A stretch of DNA of 64,000 nt from Eledone cirrhosa (GCA_964016885.1 OZ024758.1:33728001-33792000); one strand, 5' to 3'; shown: positions 27,180 through 42,730, numbered from the stretch's first letter. Notes: generated by a model from the sequence alone, not told the origin. Program-made: numbers and translations.

Positions 27180-28260
27180 AGTTCATGGTATTAGCTGTCA
27201 GAAGTAACTCCACTGTTGGTGAGAATTCATTTAAGTTCATGGTACTAGCTGTCAGAAGTAACTCCAATGTTGGTGAGAATTCATTTAAGTTCATGGTATT
27301 AGCTGTCAGAAGTAACTCCACTGTTGGTGAGAATTCATTTAAGTTCATGGTATTAGCTGTCAGAAGTAACTCAACTGTTGGTGAGAATTCATTTAAGTTC
27401 ATGGTACTAGCTGTCAGAAGTAACTCCAATGTTGGTGAGAATTCATTTAAATTCATGGTATTAGCTGTCAGAAGTAACTCCACTGTTAGTGAGAATTCAT
27501 TTAAGTCATGGTATTAGCTGTCAGAAGTAACTCCAATGTTGGTGAGAATTCATTTAAGTTCATGGTATTAGCTGTCAGAAGTAACTCCACTGTTGGTGAG
27601 AATTCATTTAAGTTCATGGTATTAGCTGTCAGAAGTAACTCCACTGTTGGTGAGAATTCATTTAAGTTCATGGTATTAGCTGTCAGAAGGAACTCCACTG
27701 TTGGTGAGAATTCATTTAAGTTCATGGTATTAGCTGTCAGAAGTAACTCCACTGTTGGTGAGAATTCATTTAAGTTCATGGTACTAGCTGTCAGAAGTAA
27801 CTCCAATGTTGGTGAGAATTCATTTAAGTTCATGGTATTAGCTGTCAGAAGTAACTCCACTGTTGGTGAGAATTCATTTAAGTTCATGGTATTAGCTGTC
27901 AGAAGTAACTCAACTGTTGGTGAGAATTCATTTAAGTTCATGGTACTAGCTGTCAGAAGTAACTCCAATGTTGGTGAGAATTCATTTAAATTCATGGTAT
28001 TAGCTGTCAGAAGTAACTCCACTGTTAGTGAGAATTCATTTAAGTCATGGTATTAGCTGTCAGAAGTAACTCCAATGTTGGTGAGAATTCATTTAAGTTC
28101 ATGGTATTAGCTGTCAGAAGTAACTCCACTGTTGGTGAGAATTCATTTAAGTTCATGGTATTAGCTGTCAGAAGTAACTCCACTGTTGGTGAGAATTCAT
28201 TTAAGTTCATGGTATTAGCTGTCAGAAGGAACTCCACTGTTGGTGAGAATTCATTTAAGT
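27180..28260. repeat. 539-bp (10-monomer) local tandem duplication
   Basis: ORF starts 27508/28047; the marker series AACTCAAC, TTTAAATTC, GTTAGTG repeats at a 539-bp offset. Confidence 0.8.
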
Positions 28261-30699
28261 TCATGGTACTAGCTGTCAGAAGTAACTCCACTGTTGGTGA
28301 GAATTCATTTAAGTTCATGGTATTAGATGTCAGAAGGAACGCCACTGTTTGTGAGAATTCATTTAAGTTCATGGTATTAGCTGTCAGAAGGAACTCCAAT
28401 GTTTGTGAGAATTCATTTAAGTTCATGGTATTAGCTGTCAGAAGTAACTCCACTGTTGGTGAGAATTCTTTTAAGTCGTGGTATTAGTTGTCAGAAGTAA
28501 CTCCAATGTTGGTGAGAATTCATTTAAGTTCATGGTATTAGCTGTCAGAAGTAACTCCACTGTTGGTGAGAATTCATTTAAGTTCATGGTATTAGCTGTC
28601 AGAAGGAACTCCAATGTTGGTGAGAATTCATTTAAGTCATGGTACTAGCTGTCAGAAGTAACTCCACTGTTGGTGAGAATTCATTTAAGTTCATGGTATT
28701 AGCTGTCAGAAGGAACGCCACTGTTGGTGAGAATTCATTTAAGTTCATGGTATTAGCTGTCAGAAGTAACTCCACTGTTGGTGAGAATTCATTTAAGTTC
28801 ATGGTACTAGCTGTCAGAAGTAACTCCAATGTTGGTGAGAATTCATTTAAGTTCATGGTATGAGCTGTCAGAAGTAACTCCACTGTTGGTGAGAATTCAT
28901 TTAAGTTCATGGTATTAGCTGTCAGAAGGAACGCCACTGTTTGTGAGAATTCATTTAAGTTCATGGTATTAGCTTGTCAGAAGTAACTCCACTGTTGGTG
29001 AGAATTCATTTAAGTCATGGTATTAGTTGTCAGAAGTAACTCCAATGTTGGTGAGAATTCATTTAAGTTCATGGTACTAGCTGTCAGAAGTAACTCCACT
29101 GTTGGTGAGAATTCATTTAAGTTCATGGTATTAGCTGTCAGAAGTAACTCCACTGTTGGTGAGAATTCATTTAAGTCATGGTATTAGCTGTCAGAAGTAA
29201 CTCCATTGTTGGTGAGAATTCATTTAAGTCATGGTACTAGCTGTCAGAAGTAACTCCACTGTTGGTGAGAATTCATTTAAGTTCATGGTATTAGCTGTCA
29301 GAAGGAACGCCACTGTTGGTGAGAATTCATTTAAGTTCATGGTATTAGCTGTCAGAAGTAACTCCACTGTTGGTGAGAATTCATTAGAGTTCATGGTACT
29401 AGCTGTCAGAAGTAACTCCAATGTTGGTGAGAATTCATTTAAGTTCATGGTATTAGCTGTCAGAAGGAACTCCACTGTTGGTGAGAATTCATTTAAGTTC
29501 ATGGTATTAGCTGTCAGAAGTAACTCCACTGTTGGTGAAAATTCATTTAAGTACATGGTACTAGTTGTCAGAAGTAACTCCACTGTTGATGAGAATTCAT
29601 TTAAGTTCATGGTATTAGTTGTCAGAAGTAACTCCACTGTTGGTGAGAATTCATTTAAGTCATGGTATTAGTTGTCAGAAGTAACTCCAATGTTGGTGAG
29701 AATTCATTTAAGTTCATGGTACTAGCTGTCAGAAGTAACTCCACTGTTGGTGAGAATTCATTTAAGTTCATGGTATTAGCTGTCAGAAGTAACTCCACTG
29801 TTGGTGAGAATTCATTTAAGTCATGGTATTAGCTGTCAGAAGTAACTCCATTGTTGGTGAGAATTCATTTAAGTCATGGTACTAGCTGTCAGAAGTAACT
29901 CCACTGTTGGTGTGAATTCATTTAAGTTCATGGTATTAGCTGACAGAAGGAACTCCACTGTTGGTGAGAATTCATTTAAGTCATGGTATTAGCTGTCAGA
30001 AGTAACTCCAATGTTGGTGAGAATTCATTTAAGTTCATGGTATTAGCTGTCAGAAGTAACTCCACTGTTGGTGAGAATTCATTTAAGTTCATGGTATTAG
30101 CTGTCAGAAGTAACTCCAATGTTGGTGAGAATTCATTTATGTCATGGTATTAGTTGTCAGAAGTAACTCCAATGTTGGTGAGAATTCATTTAAGTTCATG
30201 GTACTAGCTGTCAGAAGTAACTCCACTGTTGGTGAGAATTCATTTAAGTTCATGGTATTAGCTGTCAGAAGTAACTCCACTGTTGGTGAGAATTCATTTA
30301 AGTCATGGTATTAGCTGTCAGAAGTAACTCCATTGTTGGTGAGAATTCATTTAAGTCATGGTACTAGCTGTCAGAAGTAACTCCACTGTTGGTGAGAATT
30401 CATTTAAGTTCATGGTATTAGCTGTCAGAAGGAACTCCACTGTTGGTGAGAATTCATTTAAGTTCATGGTATTAGTTTGTCAGAAGTAACTCCACTGTTG
30501 GTGAGAATTCATTTAAGTTCATGGTATTAGCTGTCAGAAGTAACTCCACTGTTGGTGAGAATTCATTTAAGTTCATGGTATTAGCTGTCAGAAGTAACTC
30601 CACTGTTGGTGAGAATTCATTTAAGTTCATGGTATTAGCTGTCAGAAGGAACTCCAATGTTGGTGAGAATTCATTTAAGTCATGGTACTAGCTGTCAGA

Positions 30700-33470
30700 A
30701 GTAACTCCACTGTTGGTGAGAATTCATTTAAGTTCATGGTATTAGCTGTCAGAAGTAACTCAACTGTTGGTGAGAATTCATTTAAGTTCATGGTACTAGC
30801 TGTCAGAATTAACTCCAATGTTGGTGAGAATTCATTTAAATTCATGGTATTAGCTGTCAGAAGTAACTCCACTGTTAGTGAGAATTCATTTAAGTCATGG
30901 TATTAGCTGTCAGAAGTAACTCCAATGTTGGTGAGTTCATTTAAGTTCATGGTATTAGCTGTCAGAAGTCACTCCACTGTTGGTGAGAATTCATTTAAGT
31001 TCATTTTACTAGCTGTCAGAAGTAACTCCAATGTTGGTGAGAATTCATTTAAGTTCATGGTATTAGCTGTCAGAAGGAACTCCACTGTTGGTGAGAATTC
31101 ATTTAAGTTCATGGTATTAGCTGTCAGAAGTAACTCCACTGTTGGTGAGAATTCATTTAAGTTCATGGTACTAGTTGTCAGAAGGAACTCCACTGTTGGT
31201 GAGAATTCATTTAAGTTCATGGTATTAGTTGTCAGAAGTAACTCCACTGTTGCTGAGAATTCATTTAAGTCATGGTATTAGTTGTCAGAAGTAACTCCAA
31301 TGTTGGTGAGAATTCATTTAAGTTCATGGTACTAGCTGTCAGAAGTAACTCCACTGTTGATGAGAATTCATTTAAGTTCATGGTATTAGCTGTCAGAAGT
31401 AACTCCACTGTTGGTGAGAATTCATTTAAGTTCATGGTACTAGCTGTCAGAAGTAACTCCACTGTTGGTGAGAATTCATTTAAGTTCATGGTATTAGCTG
31501 TCAGAAGTCACTCCACTGTTGGTGAGAATTCATTTAAGTTCATGGTACTAGCTGTCAGAAGTAACCCCAATGTTGGTGAGAATTCATTTAAGTTCATGGT
31601 ATTAGCTGTCAGAAGTCACTCCAATGTTGGTGAGAATTCATTTAAGTTCATGGTATTAGCTGTCAGAAGTAACTCCACTGTTGGTGAGAATTCATTTAAG
31701 TTCATGGTATTAGCTGTCAGAAGTAACTCCACTGTTGGTGAGAATTCATTTAAGTTCATGGTATTAGCTGTCAGAAGTAACTCCACTGTTGGTGAGAATT
31801 CATTTAAGTTCATGGTATTAGCTGTCAGAAGTAACTCCAATGTTGGTGAGAATTCATTTATGTCATGGTATTAGTTGTCAGAAGTAACTCCAATGTTGGT
31901 GAGAATTCATTTAAGTTCATGGTACTAGCTGTCAGAAGTAACTCCACTGTTGGTGAGAATTCATTTAAGTTCATGGTATTAGCTGTCAGAAGTAACTCCA
32001 CTGTTGGTGAGAATTCATTTAAGTCATGGTATTAGCTGTCAGAAGTAACTCCATTGTTGGTGAGAATTCATTTAAGTCATGGTACTAGCTGTCAGAAGTA
32101 ACTCCACTGTTGGTGAGAATTCATTTAAGTTCATGGTATTAGCTGTCAGAAGGAACTCCACTGTTGGTGAGAATTCATTTAAGTTCATGGTACTAGCTGT
32201 CAGAAGTAACTCCACTGTTGGTGAGAATTCATTTAAGTTCATGGTATTAGTTTGTCAGAAGTAACTCCACTGTTGGTGAGAATTCATTTAAGTTCATGGT
32301 ATTAGCTGTCAGAAGTAACTCCACTGTTGGTGAGAATTCATTTAAGTTCATGGTATTAGCTGTCAGAAGTAACTCCACTGTTGGTGAGAATTCATTTAAG
32401 TTCATGGTATTAGCTGTCAGAAGGAACTCCAATGTTGGTGAGAATTCATTTAAGTCATGGTACTAGCTGTCAGAAGTAACTCCACTGTTGGTGAGAATTC
32501 ATTTAAGTTCATCGTATTAGCTGTCAGAAGGAACGCCACTGTTTGTGAGAATTCATTTAAGTTCATGGTATTAGCTGTCAGAAGGAACTCCAATGTTTGT
32601 GAGAATTCATTTAAGTTCATGGTATTAGCTGTCAGAAGTAACTCCACTGTTGGTGAGAATTCATTTAAGTCGTGGTATTAGTTGTCAGAAGTAACTCCAA
32701 TGTTGGTGAGAATTCATTTAAGTTCATGGTATTAGCTGTCAGAAGTAACTCCACTGTTGGTGAGAATTCATTTAAGTTCATGGTATTAGCTGTCAGAAGT
32801 AACTCAACTGTTGGTGAGAATTCATTTAAGTTCATGGTACTAGCTGTCAGAAGTAACTCCAATGTTGGTGAGAATTCATTTAAATTCATGGTATTAGCTG
32901 TCAGAAGTAACTCCACTGTTAGTGAGAATTCATTTAAGTCATGGTATTAGCTGTCAGAAGTAACTCCAATGTTGGTGAGTTCATTTAAGTTCATGGTATT
33001 AGCTGTCAGAAGTCACTCCACTGTTGGTGAGAATTCATTTAAGTTCATTTTACTAGCTGTCAGAAGTAACTCCAATGTTGGTGAGAATTCATTTAAGTTC
33101 ATGGTATTAGCTGTCAGAAGGAACTCCACTGTTGGTGAGAATTCATTTAAGTTCATGGTATTAGCTGTCAGAAGTAACTCCACTGTTGGTGAGAATTCAT
33201 TTAAGTTCATGGTACTAGTTGTCAGAAGGAACTCCACTGTTGGTGAGAATTCATTTAAGTTCATGGTATTAGTTGTCAGAAGTAACTCCACTGTTGCTGA
33301 GAATTCATTTAAGTCATGGTATTAGTTGTCAGAAGTAACTCCAATGTTGGTGAGAATTCATTTAAGTTCATGGTACTAGCTGCCAGAAGTAACTCCACTG
33401 TTGATGAGAATTCATTTAAGTTCATGGTATTAGCTGTCAGAAGTAACTCCACTGTTGGTGAGAATTCATT
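30700..33470. repeat. Roughly 0.7-kb block repeated at a 2044-bp offset (38 monomers)
   Basis: Identical ORFs 30925/32969; the 52-bp monomer GAGTTC at 30933/32977 with the same flanking markers (GTTAGTG, TTCATTTT, GTTGCTG, GTTGATG). Confidence 0.8.
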
Positions 33471-36340
33471 TAAGTCATGGTATTAGCTGTCAGAAGTAAC
33501 TCCATTGTTGGTGAGAATTCATTTAAGTCATGGTACTAGCTGTCAGAAGTAACTCCACTGTTGGTGAGAATTCATTTAAGTTCATGGTATTAGCTGTCAG
33601 AAGGAACTCCACTGTTGGTGAGAATTCATTTAAGTTCATGGTACTAGCTGTCATAAGTAACTCCACTGTTGGTGAGAATTCATTTAAGTTCATGGTATTA
33701 GTTTGTCAGAAGTAACTCCACTGTTGGTGAGAATTCATTTAAGTTCATGGTATTAGCTGTCAGAAGTAACTCCACTGTTGGTGAGAATTCATTTAAGTCA
33801 TGGTATTAGCTGTCAGAAGTAACTCCATTGTTGGTGAGAATTCATTTAAGTCATGGTACTAGCTGTCAGAAGTAACTCCACTGTTGGTGAGAATTCATTT
33901 AAGTTCATGGTACTAGCTGTCAGAAGTAACTCCACTGTTGGTGAGAATTCATTTAAGTTCATGGTACTAGCTGTCAGAAGTAACTCCACTGTTGGTGAGA
34001 ATTCATTTAAGTTCATGGTATTAGCTGTCAGAAGTCACTCCACTGTTGGTGAGAATTCATTTAAGTTCATGGTACTAGCTGTCAGAAGTAACCCCAATGT
34101 TGGTGAGAATTCATTTAAGTTCATGGTATTAGCTGTCAGAAGTCACTCCAATGTTGGTGAGAATTCATTTAAGTTCATGGTATTAGCTGTCAGAAGTAAC
34201 TCCACTGTTGGTGAGAATTCATTTAAGTTCATGGTATTAGCTGTCAGAAGTAACTCCACTGTTGGTGAGAATTCATTTAAGTTCATGGTATTAGCTGTCA
34301 GAAGTAACTCCACTGTTGGTGAGAATTCATTTAAGTTCATGGTATTAGCTGTCAGAAGGAACTCCAATGTTGGTGAGAATTCATTTAAGTCATGGTACTA
34401 GCTGTCAGAAGTAACTCCACTGTTGGTGAGAATTCATTTAAGTTCATGGTATTAGCTGTCAGAAGGAACGCCACTGTTGGTGAGAATTCATTTAAGTTCA
34501 TGGTATTAGCTGTCAGAAGTAACTCCACTGTTGGTGAGAATTCATTTAAGTTCATTTTACTAGCTGTCAGAAGTAACTCCAATGTTGGTGAGAATTCATT
34601 TAAGTTCATGGTATTAGCTGTCAGAAGGAACTCCACTGTTGGTGAGAATTCATTTAAGTTCATGGTATTAGCTGTCAGAAGTAACTCCACTGTTGGTGAG
34701 AATTCATTTAAGTTCATGGTACTAGTTGTCAGAAGGAACTCCACTGTTGGTGAGAATTCATTTAAGTTCATGGTATTAGTTGTCAGAAGTAACTCCACTG
34801 TTGCTGAGAATTCATTTAAGTCATGGTATTAGTTGTCAGAAGTAACTCCAATGTTGGTGAGAATTCATTTAAGTTCATGGTACTAGCTGTCAGAAGTAAC
34901 TCCACTGTTGATGAGAATTCATTTAAGTTCATGGTATTAGCTGTCAGAAGTAACTCCACTGTTGGTGAGAATTCATTTAAGTCATGGTATTAGCTGTCAG
35001 AAGTAACTCCATTGTTGGTGAGAATTCATTTAAGTCATGGTACTAGCTGTCAGAAGTAACTCCACTGTTGGTGAGAATTCATTTAAGTTCATGGTATTAG
35101 CTGTCAGAAGGAACTCCACTGTTGGTGAGAATTCATTTAAGTTCATGGTACTAGCTGTCAGAAGTAACTCCACTGTTGGTGAGAATTCATTTAAGTTCAT
35201 GGTATTAGTTTGTCAGAAGTAACTCCACTGTTGGTGAGAATTCATTTAAGTTCATGGTATTAGCTGTCAGAAGTAACTCCACTGTTGGTGAGAATTCATT
35301 TAAGTCATGGTATTAGCTGTCAGAAGTAACTCCATTGTTGGTGAGAATTCATTTAAGTCATGGTACTAGCTGTCAGAAGTAACTCCACTGTTGGTGAGAA
35401 TTCATTTAAGTTCATGGTACTAGCTGTCAGAAGTAACTCCACTGTTGGTGAGAATTCATTTAAGTTCATGGTACTAGCTGTCAGAAGTAACTCCACTGTT
35501 GGTGAGAATTCATTTAAGTTCATGGTATTAGCTGTCAGAAGTCACTCCACTGTTGGTGAGAATTCATTTAAGTTCATGGTACTAGCTGTCAGAAGTAACC
35601 CCAATGTTGGTGAGAATTCATTTAAGTTCATGGTATTAGCTGTCAGAAGTCACTCCAATGTTGGTGAGAATTCATTTAAGTTCATGGTATTAGCTGTCAG
35701 AAGTAACTCCACTGTTGGTGAGAATTCATTTAAGTTCATGGTATTAGCTGTCAGAAGTAACTCCACTGTTGGTGAGAATTCATTTAAGTTCATGGTATTA
35801 GCTGTCAGAAGTAACTCCACTGTTGGTGAGAATTCATTTAAGTTCATGGTATTAGCTGTCAGAAGGAACTCCAATGTTGGTGAGAATTCATTTAAGTCAT
35901 GGTACTAGCTGTCAGAAGTAACTCCACTGTTGGTGAGAATTCATTTAAGTTCATGGTATTAGCTGTCAGAAGGAACGCCACTGTTGGTGAGAATTCATTT
36001 AAGTTCATGGTATTAGCTGTCAGAAGTAACTCCACTGTTGGTGAGAATTCATTTAAGTTCATGGTACTAGCTGTCAGAAGTAACTCCAATGTTGGTGAGA
36101 ATTCATTTAAGTTCATGGAATTAGCTGTCAGAAGGAACTCCACTGTTGGTGAGAATTCATTTAAGTTCATGGTATTAGCTGTCAGAAGTAACTCCACTGT
36201 TGGTGAGAATTCATTTAAGTTCATGGTACTAGTTGTCAGAAGTAACTCCACTGTTGGTGAGAATTCATTTAAGTTCATGGTATTAGTTGTCAGAAGTAAC
36301 TCCACTGTTGGTGAGAATTCATTTAAGTCATGGTATTAGT
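33000..36340. repeat. 1507-bp (28-monomer) periodicity, about 2 copies
   Basis: ORF starts 33530/35037, 33853/35360, 34392/35899. Confidence 0.8.
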
Positions 36341-39300
36341 TGTCAGAAGGAACTCCACTGTTGGTGAGAATTCATTTAAGTTCATGGTACTAGCTGTCAG
36401 AAGTAACTCCACTGTTGGTGAGAATTCATTTAAGTTCATGGTATTAGCTGTCAGAAGTAACTCCACTGTTGGTGAGAATTCATTTAAGTCATGGTATTAG
36501 CTGTCAGAAGTAACTCCATTGTTGGTGAGAATTCATTTAAGTCATGGTACTACCTGTCAGAAGTAACTCCACTGTTGGTGTGAATTCATTTAAGTTCATG
36601 GTATTAGCTGACAGAAGGAACTCCACTGTTGGTGAGAATTCATTTAAGTTCATGGTACTAGCTGTCAGAAGTAACTACAATGTTGGTGAGAATTCATTTA
36701 AGTTCATGGTATTAGCTGTCAGAAGTAACTCCACTGTTGGTGAGAATTGATTTAAGTCATGGTATTAGCTGTCAGAAGTAACTCCAATGTTGGTGAGAAT
36801 TCATTTAAGTTCATGGTATTAGCTGTCAGAAGTAACTGCACTGTTGGTGAGAATTCATTTAAGTTCATGGTATTAGCTGTTAGAAGTAACTCCAATGTTG
36901 GTGAGAATTCATTTATGTCATGGTATTAGTTGTCAGAAGTAACTCCAATGTTGGTGAGAATTCATTTAAGTTCATGGTACTAGCTGTCAGAAGTAACTCC
37001 ACTGTTGGTGAGAATTCATTTAAGTTCATGGTATTAGCTGTCAGAAGTAACTCCACTGTTGGTGAGAATTCATTTAAGTCATGGTATTAGCTGTCAGAAG
37101 TAACTCCATTGTTGGTGAGAATTCATTTAAGTCATGGTACTAGCTGTCAGAAGTAACTCCACTGTTGGTGAGAATTCATTTAAGTTCATGGTATTAGCAG
37201 TCAGAAGGAACTCCACTGTTGGTGAGAATTCATTTAAGTTCATGGTATTAGCAGTCAGAAGGAACTCCACTGTTGGTGAGAATTCATTTAAGTTCATGGT
37301 ACTAGCTGTCAGAAGTAACTCCACTGTTGGTGAGAATTCATTTAAGTTCATGGTATTAGTTTGTCAGAAGTAACTCCACTGTTGGTGAGAATTCATTTAA
37401 GTTCATGGTATTAGCTGTCAGAAGTAACTCCACTGTTGGTGAGAATTCATTTAAGTTCATGGTATTAGCTGTCAGAAGTAACTCCACTGTTGGTGAGAAT
37501 TCATTTAAGTTCATGGTATTAGCTGTCAGAAGTAACTGCACTGTTGGTGAGAATTCATTTAAGTTCATGGTATTAGCTGTCAGAAGGAACGCCGCTGTTT
37601 GTGAGAATTCATTTAAGTTCATGGTATTAGCTGTCAGAAGTAACTCCACTGTTGGTGAGAATTCATTTAAGTTCATGGTATTAGCTGTCAGAAGGAACTC
37701 CACTGTTGGTGAGAATTCATTTAAGTTCATGGTACTAGCTGTCAGAAGTAACTCCACTGTTGGTGAGAATTCATTTAAGTTCATGGTATTAGTTTGTCAG
37801 AAGTAACTCCACTGTTGGTGAGAATTCATTTAAGTTCATGGTATTAGCTGTCAGAAGTAACTCCACTGTTGGTGAGAATTCATTTAAGTCATGGTATTAG
37901 CTGTCAGAAGTAACTCCATTGTTGGTGAGAATTCATTTAAGTCATGGTACTAGCTGTCAGAAGTAACTCCACTGTTGGTGAGAATTCATTTAAGTTCATG
38001 GTACTAGCTGTCAGAAGTAACTCCACTGTTGGTGAGAATTCATTTAAGTTCATCGTACTAGCTGTCAGAAGTAACTCCACTGTTGGTGAGAATTCATTTA
38101 AGTTCATGGTATTAGCTGTCAGAAGTCACTCCACTGTTGGTGAGAATTCATTTAAGTTCATGGTACTAGCTGTCAGAAGTAAACCCAATGTTGGTGAGAA
38201 TTCATTTAAGTTCATGGTATTAGCTGTCAGAAGTCACTCCAATGTTGGTGAGAATTCATTTAAGTTCATGGTATTAGCTGTCAGAAGTAACTCCACTGTT
38301 GGTGAGAATTCATTTAAGTTCATGGTATTAGCTGTCAGAAGTAACTCCACTGTTGGTGAGAATTCATTTAAGTTCATGGTATTAGCTGTCAGAAGTAACT
38401 CCACTGTTGGTGAGAATTCATTTAAGTTCATGGTATTAGCTGTCAGAAGGAACTCCAATGTTGGTGAGAATTCATTTAAGTCATGGTACTAGCTGTCAGA
38501 AGTAACTCCACTGTTGGTGAGAATTCATTTAAGTTCATGGTATTAGCTGTCAGAAGGAACGCCACTGTTGGTGAGAATTCATTTAAGTTCATGGTATTAG
38601 CTGTCAGAAGTAACTCCACTGTTGGTGAGAATTCATTTAAGTTCATTTTACTAGCTGTCAGAAGTAACTCCAATGTTGGTGAGAATTCATTTAAGTTCAT
38701 GGTATTAGCTGTCAGAAGGAACTCCACTGTTGGTGAGAATTCATTTAAGTTCATGGTATTAGCTGTCAGAAGTAACTCCACTGTTGGTGAGAATTCATTT
38801 AAGTTCATGGTACTAGTTGTCAGAAGGAACTCCACTGTTGGTGAGAATTCATTTAAGTTCATGGTATTAGTTGTCAGAAGTAACTCCACTGTTGCTGAGA
38901 ATTCATTTAAGTCATGGTATTAGTTGTCAGAAGTAACTCCAATGTTGGTGAGAATTCATTTAAGTTCATGGTACTAGCTGTCAGAAGTAACTCCACTGTT
39001 GATGAGAATTCATTTAAGTTCATGGTATTAGCTGTCAGAAGTAACTCCACTGTTGGTGAGAATTCATTTAAGTCATGGTATTAGCTGTCAGAAGTAACTC
39101 CATTGTTGGTGAGAATTCATTTAAGTCATGGTACTAGCTGTCAGAAGTAACTCCACTGTTGGTGAGAATTCATTTAAGTTCATGGTATTAGCTGTCAGAA
39201 GGAACTCCACTGTTGGTGAGAATTCATTTAAGTTCATGGTACTAGCTGTCAGAAGTAACTCCACTGTTGGTGAGAATTCATTTAAGTTCATGGTATTAGT

Positions 39301-42300
39301 TTGTCAGAAGTAACTCCACTGTTGGTGAGAATTCATTTAAGTTCATGGTATTAGCTGTCAGAAGTAACTCCACTGTTGGTGAGAATTCATTTAAGTCATG
39401 GTATTAGCTGTCAGAAGTAACTCCATTGTTGGTGAGAATTCATTTAAGTCATGGTACTAGCTGTCAGAAGTAACTCCACTGTTGGTGAGAATTCATTTAA
39501 GTTCATGGTACTAGCTGTCAGAAGTAACTCCACTGTTGGTGAGAATTCATTTAAGTTCATGGTACTAGCTGTCAGAAGTAACTCCACTGTTGGTGAGAAT
39601 TCATTTAAGTTCATGGTATTAGCTGTCAGAAGTCACTCCACTGTTGGTGAGAATTCATTTAAGTTCATGGTACTAGCTGTCAGAAGTAACCCCAATGTTG
39701 GTGAGAATTCATTTAAGTTCATGGTATTAGCTGTCAGAAGTCACTCCAATGTTGGTGAGAATTCATTTAAGTTCATGGTATTAGCTGTCAGAAGTAACTC
39801 CACTGTTGGTGAGAATTCATTTAAGTTCATGGTATTAGCTGTCAGAAGTAACTCCACTGTTGGTGAGAATTCATTTAAGTTCATGGTATTAGCTGTCAGA
39901 AGTAACTCCACTGTTGGTGAGAATTCATTTAAGTTCATGGTATTAGCTGTCAGAAGGAACTCCAATGTTGGTGAGAATTCATTTAAGTCATGGTACTAGC
40001 TGTCAGAAGTAACTCCACTGTTGGTGAGAATTCATTTAAGTTCATGGTATTAGCTGTCAGAAGGAACGCCACTGTTGGTGAGAATTCATTTAAGTTCATG
40101 GTATTAGCTGTCAGAAGTAACTCCACTGTTGGTGAGAATTCATTTAAGTTCATGGTACTAGCTGTCAGAAGTAACTCCAATGTTGGTGAGAATTCATTTA
40201 AGTTCATGGAATTAGCTGTCAGAAGGAACTCCACTGTTGGTGAGAATTCATTTAAGTTCATGGTATTAGCTGTCAGAAGTAACTCCACTGTTGGTGAGAA
40301 TTCATTTAAGTTCATGGTACTAGTTGTCAGAAGTAACTCCACTGTTGGTGAGAATTCATTTAAGTTCATGGTATTAGTTGTCAGAAGTAACTCCACTGTT
40401 GGTGAGAATTCATTTAAGTCATGGTATTAGTTGTCAGAAGGAACTCCACTGTTGGTGAGAATTCATTTAAGTTCATGGTACTAGCTGTCAGAAGTAACTC
40501 CACTGTTGGTGAGAATTCATTTAAGTTCATGGTATTAGCTGTCAGAAGTAACTCCACTGTTGGTGAGAATTCATTTAAGTCATGGTATTAGCTGTCAGAA
40601 GTAACTCCATTGTTGGTGAGAATTCATTTAAGTCATGGTACTACCTGTCAGAAGTAACTCCACTGTTGGTGTGAATTCATTTAAGTTCATGGTATTAGCT
40701 GACAGAAGGAACTCCACTGTTGGTGAGAATTCATTTAAGTTCATGGTACTAGCTGTCAGAAGTAACTACAATGTTGGTGAGAATTCATTTAAGTTCATGG
40801 TATTAGCTGTCAGAAGTAACTCCACTGTTGGTGAGAATTGATTTAAGTCATGGTATTAGCTGTCAGAAGTAACTCCAATGTTGGTGAGAATTCATTTAAG
40901 TTCATGGTATTAGCTGTCAGAAGTAACTGCACTGTTGGTGAGAATTCATTTAAGTTCATGGTATTAGCTGTTAGAAGTAACTCCAATGTTGGTGAGAATT
41001 CATTTATGTCATGGTATTAGTTGTCAGAAGTAACTCCAATGTTGGTGAGAATTCATTTAAGTTCATGGTACTAGCTGTCAGAAGTAACTCCACTGTTGGT
41101 GAGAATTCATTTAAGTTCATGGTATTAGCTGTCAGAAGTAACTCCACTGTTGGTGAGAATTCATTTAAGTCATGGTATTAGCTGTCAGAAGTAACTCCAT
41201 TGTTGGTGAGAATTCATTTAAGTCATGGTACTAGCTGTCAGAAGTAACTCCACTGTTGGTGAGAATTCATTTAAGTTCATGGTATTAGCAGTCAGAAGGA
41301 ACTCCACTGTTGGTGAGAATTCATTTAAGTTCATGGTATTAGCAGTCAGAAGGAACTCCACTGTTGGTGAGAATTCATTTAAGTTCATGGTACTAGCTGT
41401 CAGAAGTAACTCCACTGTTGGTGAGAATTCATTTAAGTTCATGGTATTAGTTTGTCAGAAGTAACTCCACTGTTGGTGAGAATTCATTTAAGTTCATGGT
41501 ATTAGCTGTCAGAAGTAACTCCACTGTTGGTGAGAATTCATTTAAGTTCATGGTATTAGCTGTCAGAAGTAACTCCACTGTTGGTGAGAATTCATTTAAG
41601 TTCATGGTATTAGCTGTCAGAAGTAACTGCACTGTTGGTGAGAATTCATTTAAGTTCATGGTATTAGCTGTCAGAAGGAACGCCGCTGTTTGTGAGAATT
41701 CATTTAAGTTCATGGTATTAGCTGTCAGAAGTAACTCCACTGTTGGTGAGAATTCATTTAAGTTCATGGTATTAGCTGTCAGAAGGAACTCCACTGTTGG
41801 TGAGAATTCATTTAAGTTCATGGTACTAGCTGTCAGAAGTAACTCCACTGTTGGTGAGAATTCATTTAAGTTCATGGTATTAGTTTGTCAGAAGTAACTC
41901 CACTGTTGGTGAGAATTCATTTAAGTTCATGGTATTAGCTGTCAGAAGTAACTCCACTGTTGGTGAGAATTCATTTAAGTCATGGTATTAGCTGTCAGAA
42001 GTAACTCCATTGTTGGTGAGAATTCATTTAAGTCATGGTACTAGCTGTCAGAAGTAACTCCACTGTTGGTGAGAATTCATTTAAGTTCATGGTACTAGCT
42101 GTCAGAAGTAACTCCACTGTTGGTGAGAATTCATTTAAGTTCATCGTACTAGCTGTCAGAAGTAACTCCACTGTTGGTGAGAATTCATTTAAGTTCATGG
42201 TATTAGCTGTCAGAAGTCACTCCACTGTTGGTGAGAATTCATTTAAGTTCATGGTACTAGCTGTCAGAAGTAAACCCAATGTTGGTGAGAATTCATTTAA

Positions 42301-42730
42301 GTTCATGGTATTAGCTGTCAGAAGTCACTCCAATGTTGGTGAGAATTCATTTAAGTTCATGGTATTAGCTGTCAGAAGTAACTCCACTGTTGGTGAGAAT
42401 TCATTTAAGTTCATGGTATTAGCTGTCAGAAGTAACTCCACTGTTGGTGAGAATTCATTTAAGTTCATGGTATTAGCTGTCAGAAGTAACTCCACTGTTG
42501 GTGAGAATTCATTTAAGTTCATGGTATTAGCTGTCAGAAGGAACTCCAATGTTGGTGAGAATTCATTTAAGTCATGGTACTAGCTGTCAGAAGTAACTCC
42601 ACTGTTGGTGAGAATTCATTTAAGTTCATGGTATTAGCTGTCAGAAGGAACGCCACTGTTGGTGAGAATTCATTTAAGTTCATGGTATTAGCTGTCAGAA
42701 GTAACTCCACTGTTGGTGAGAATTCATTTA
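33530..42730. repeat. Higher-order tandem duplication, 4091-bp unit (76 monomers), about 2.2 copies
   Basis: ORF starts 33853/37944/42035, 34392/38483, 35037/39128, 35899/39990, 36544/40635, 37134/41225, 37405/41496. Private marker TACCTGTC at 36551/40642. Confidence 0.92.
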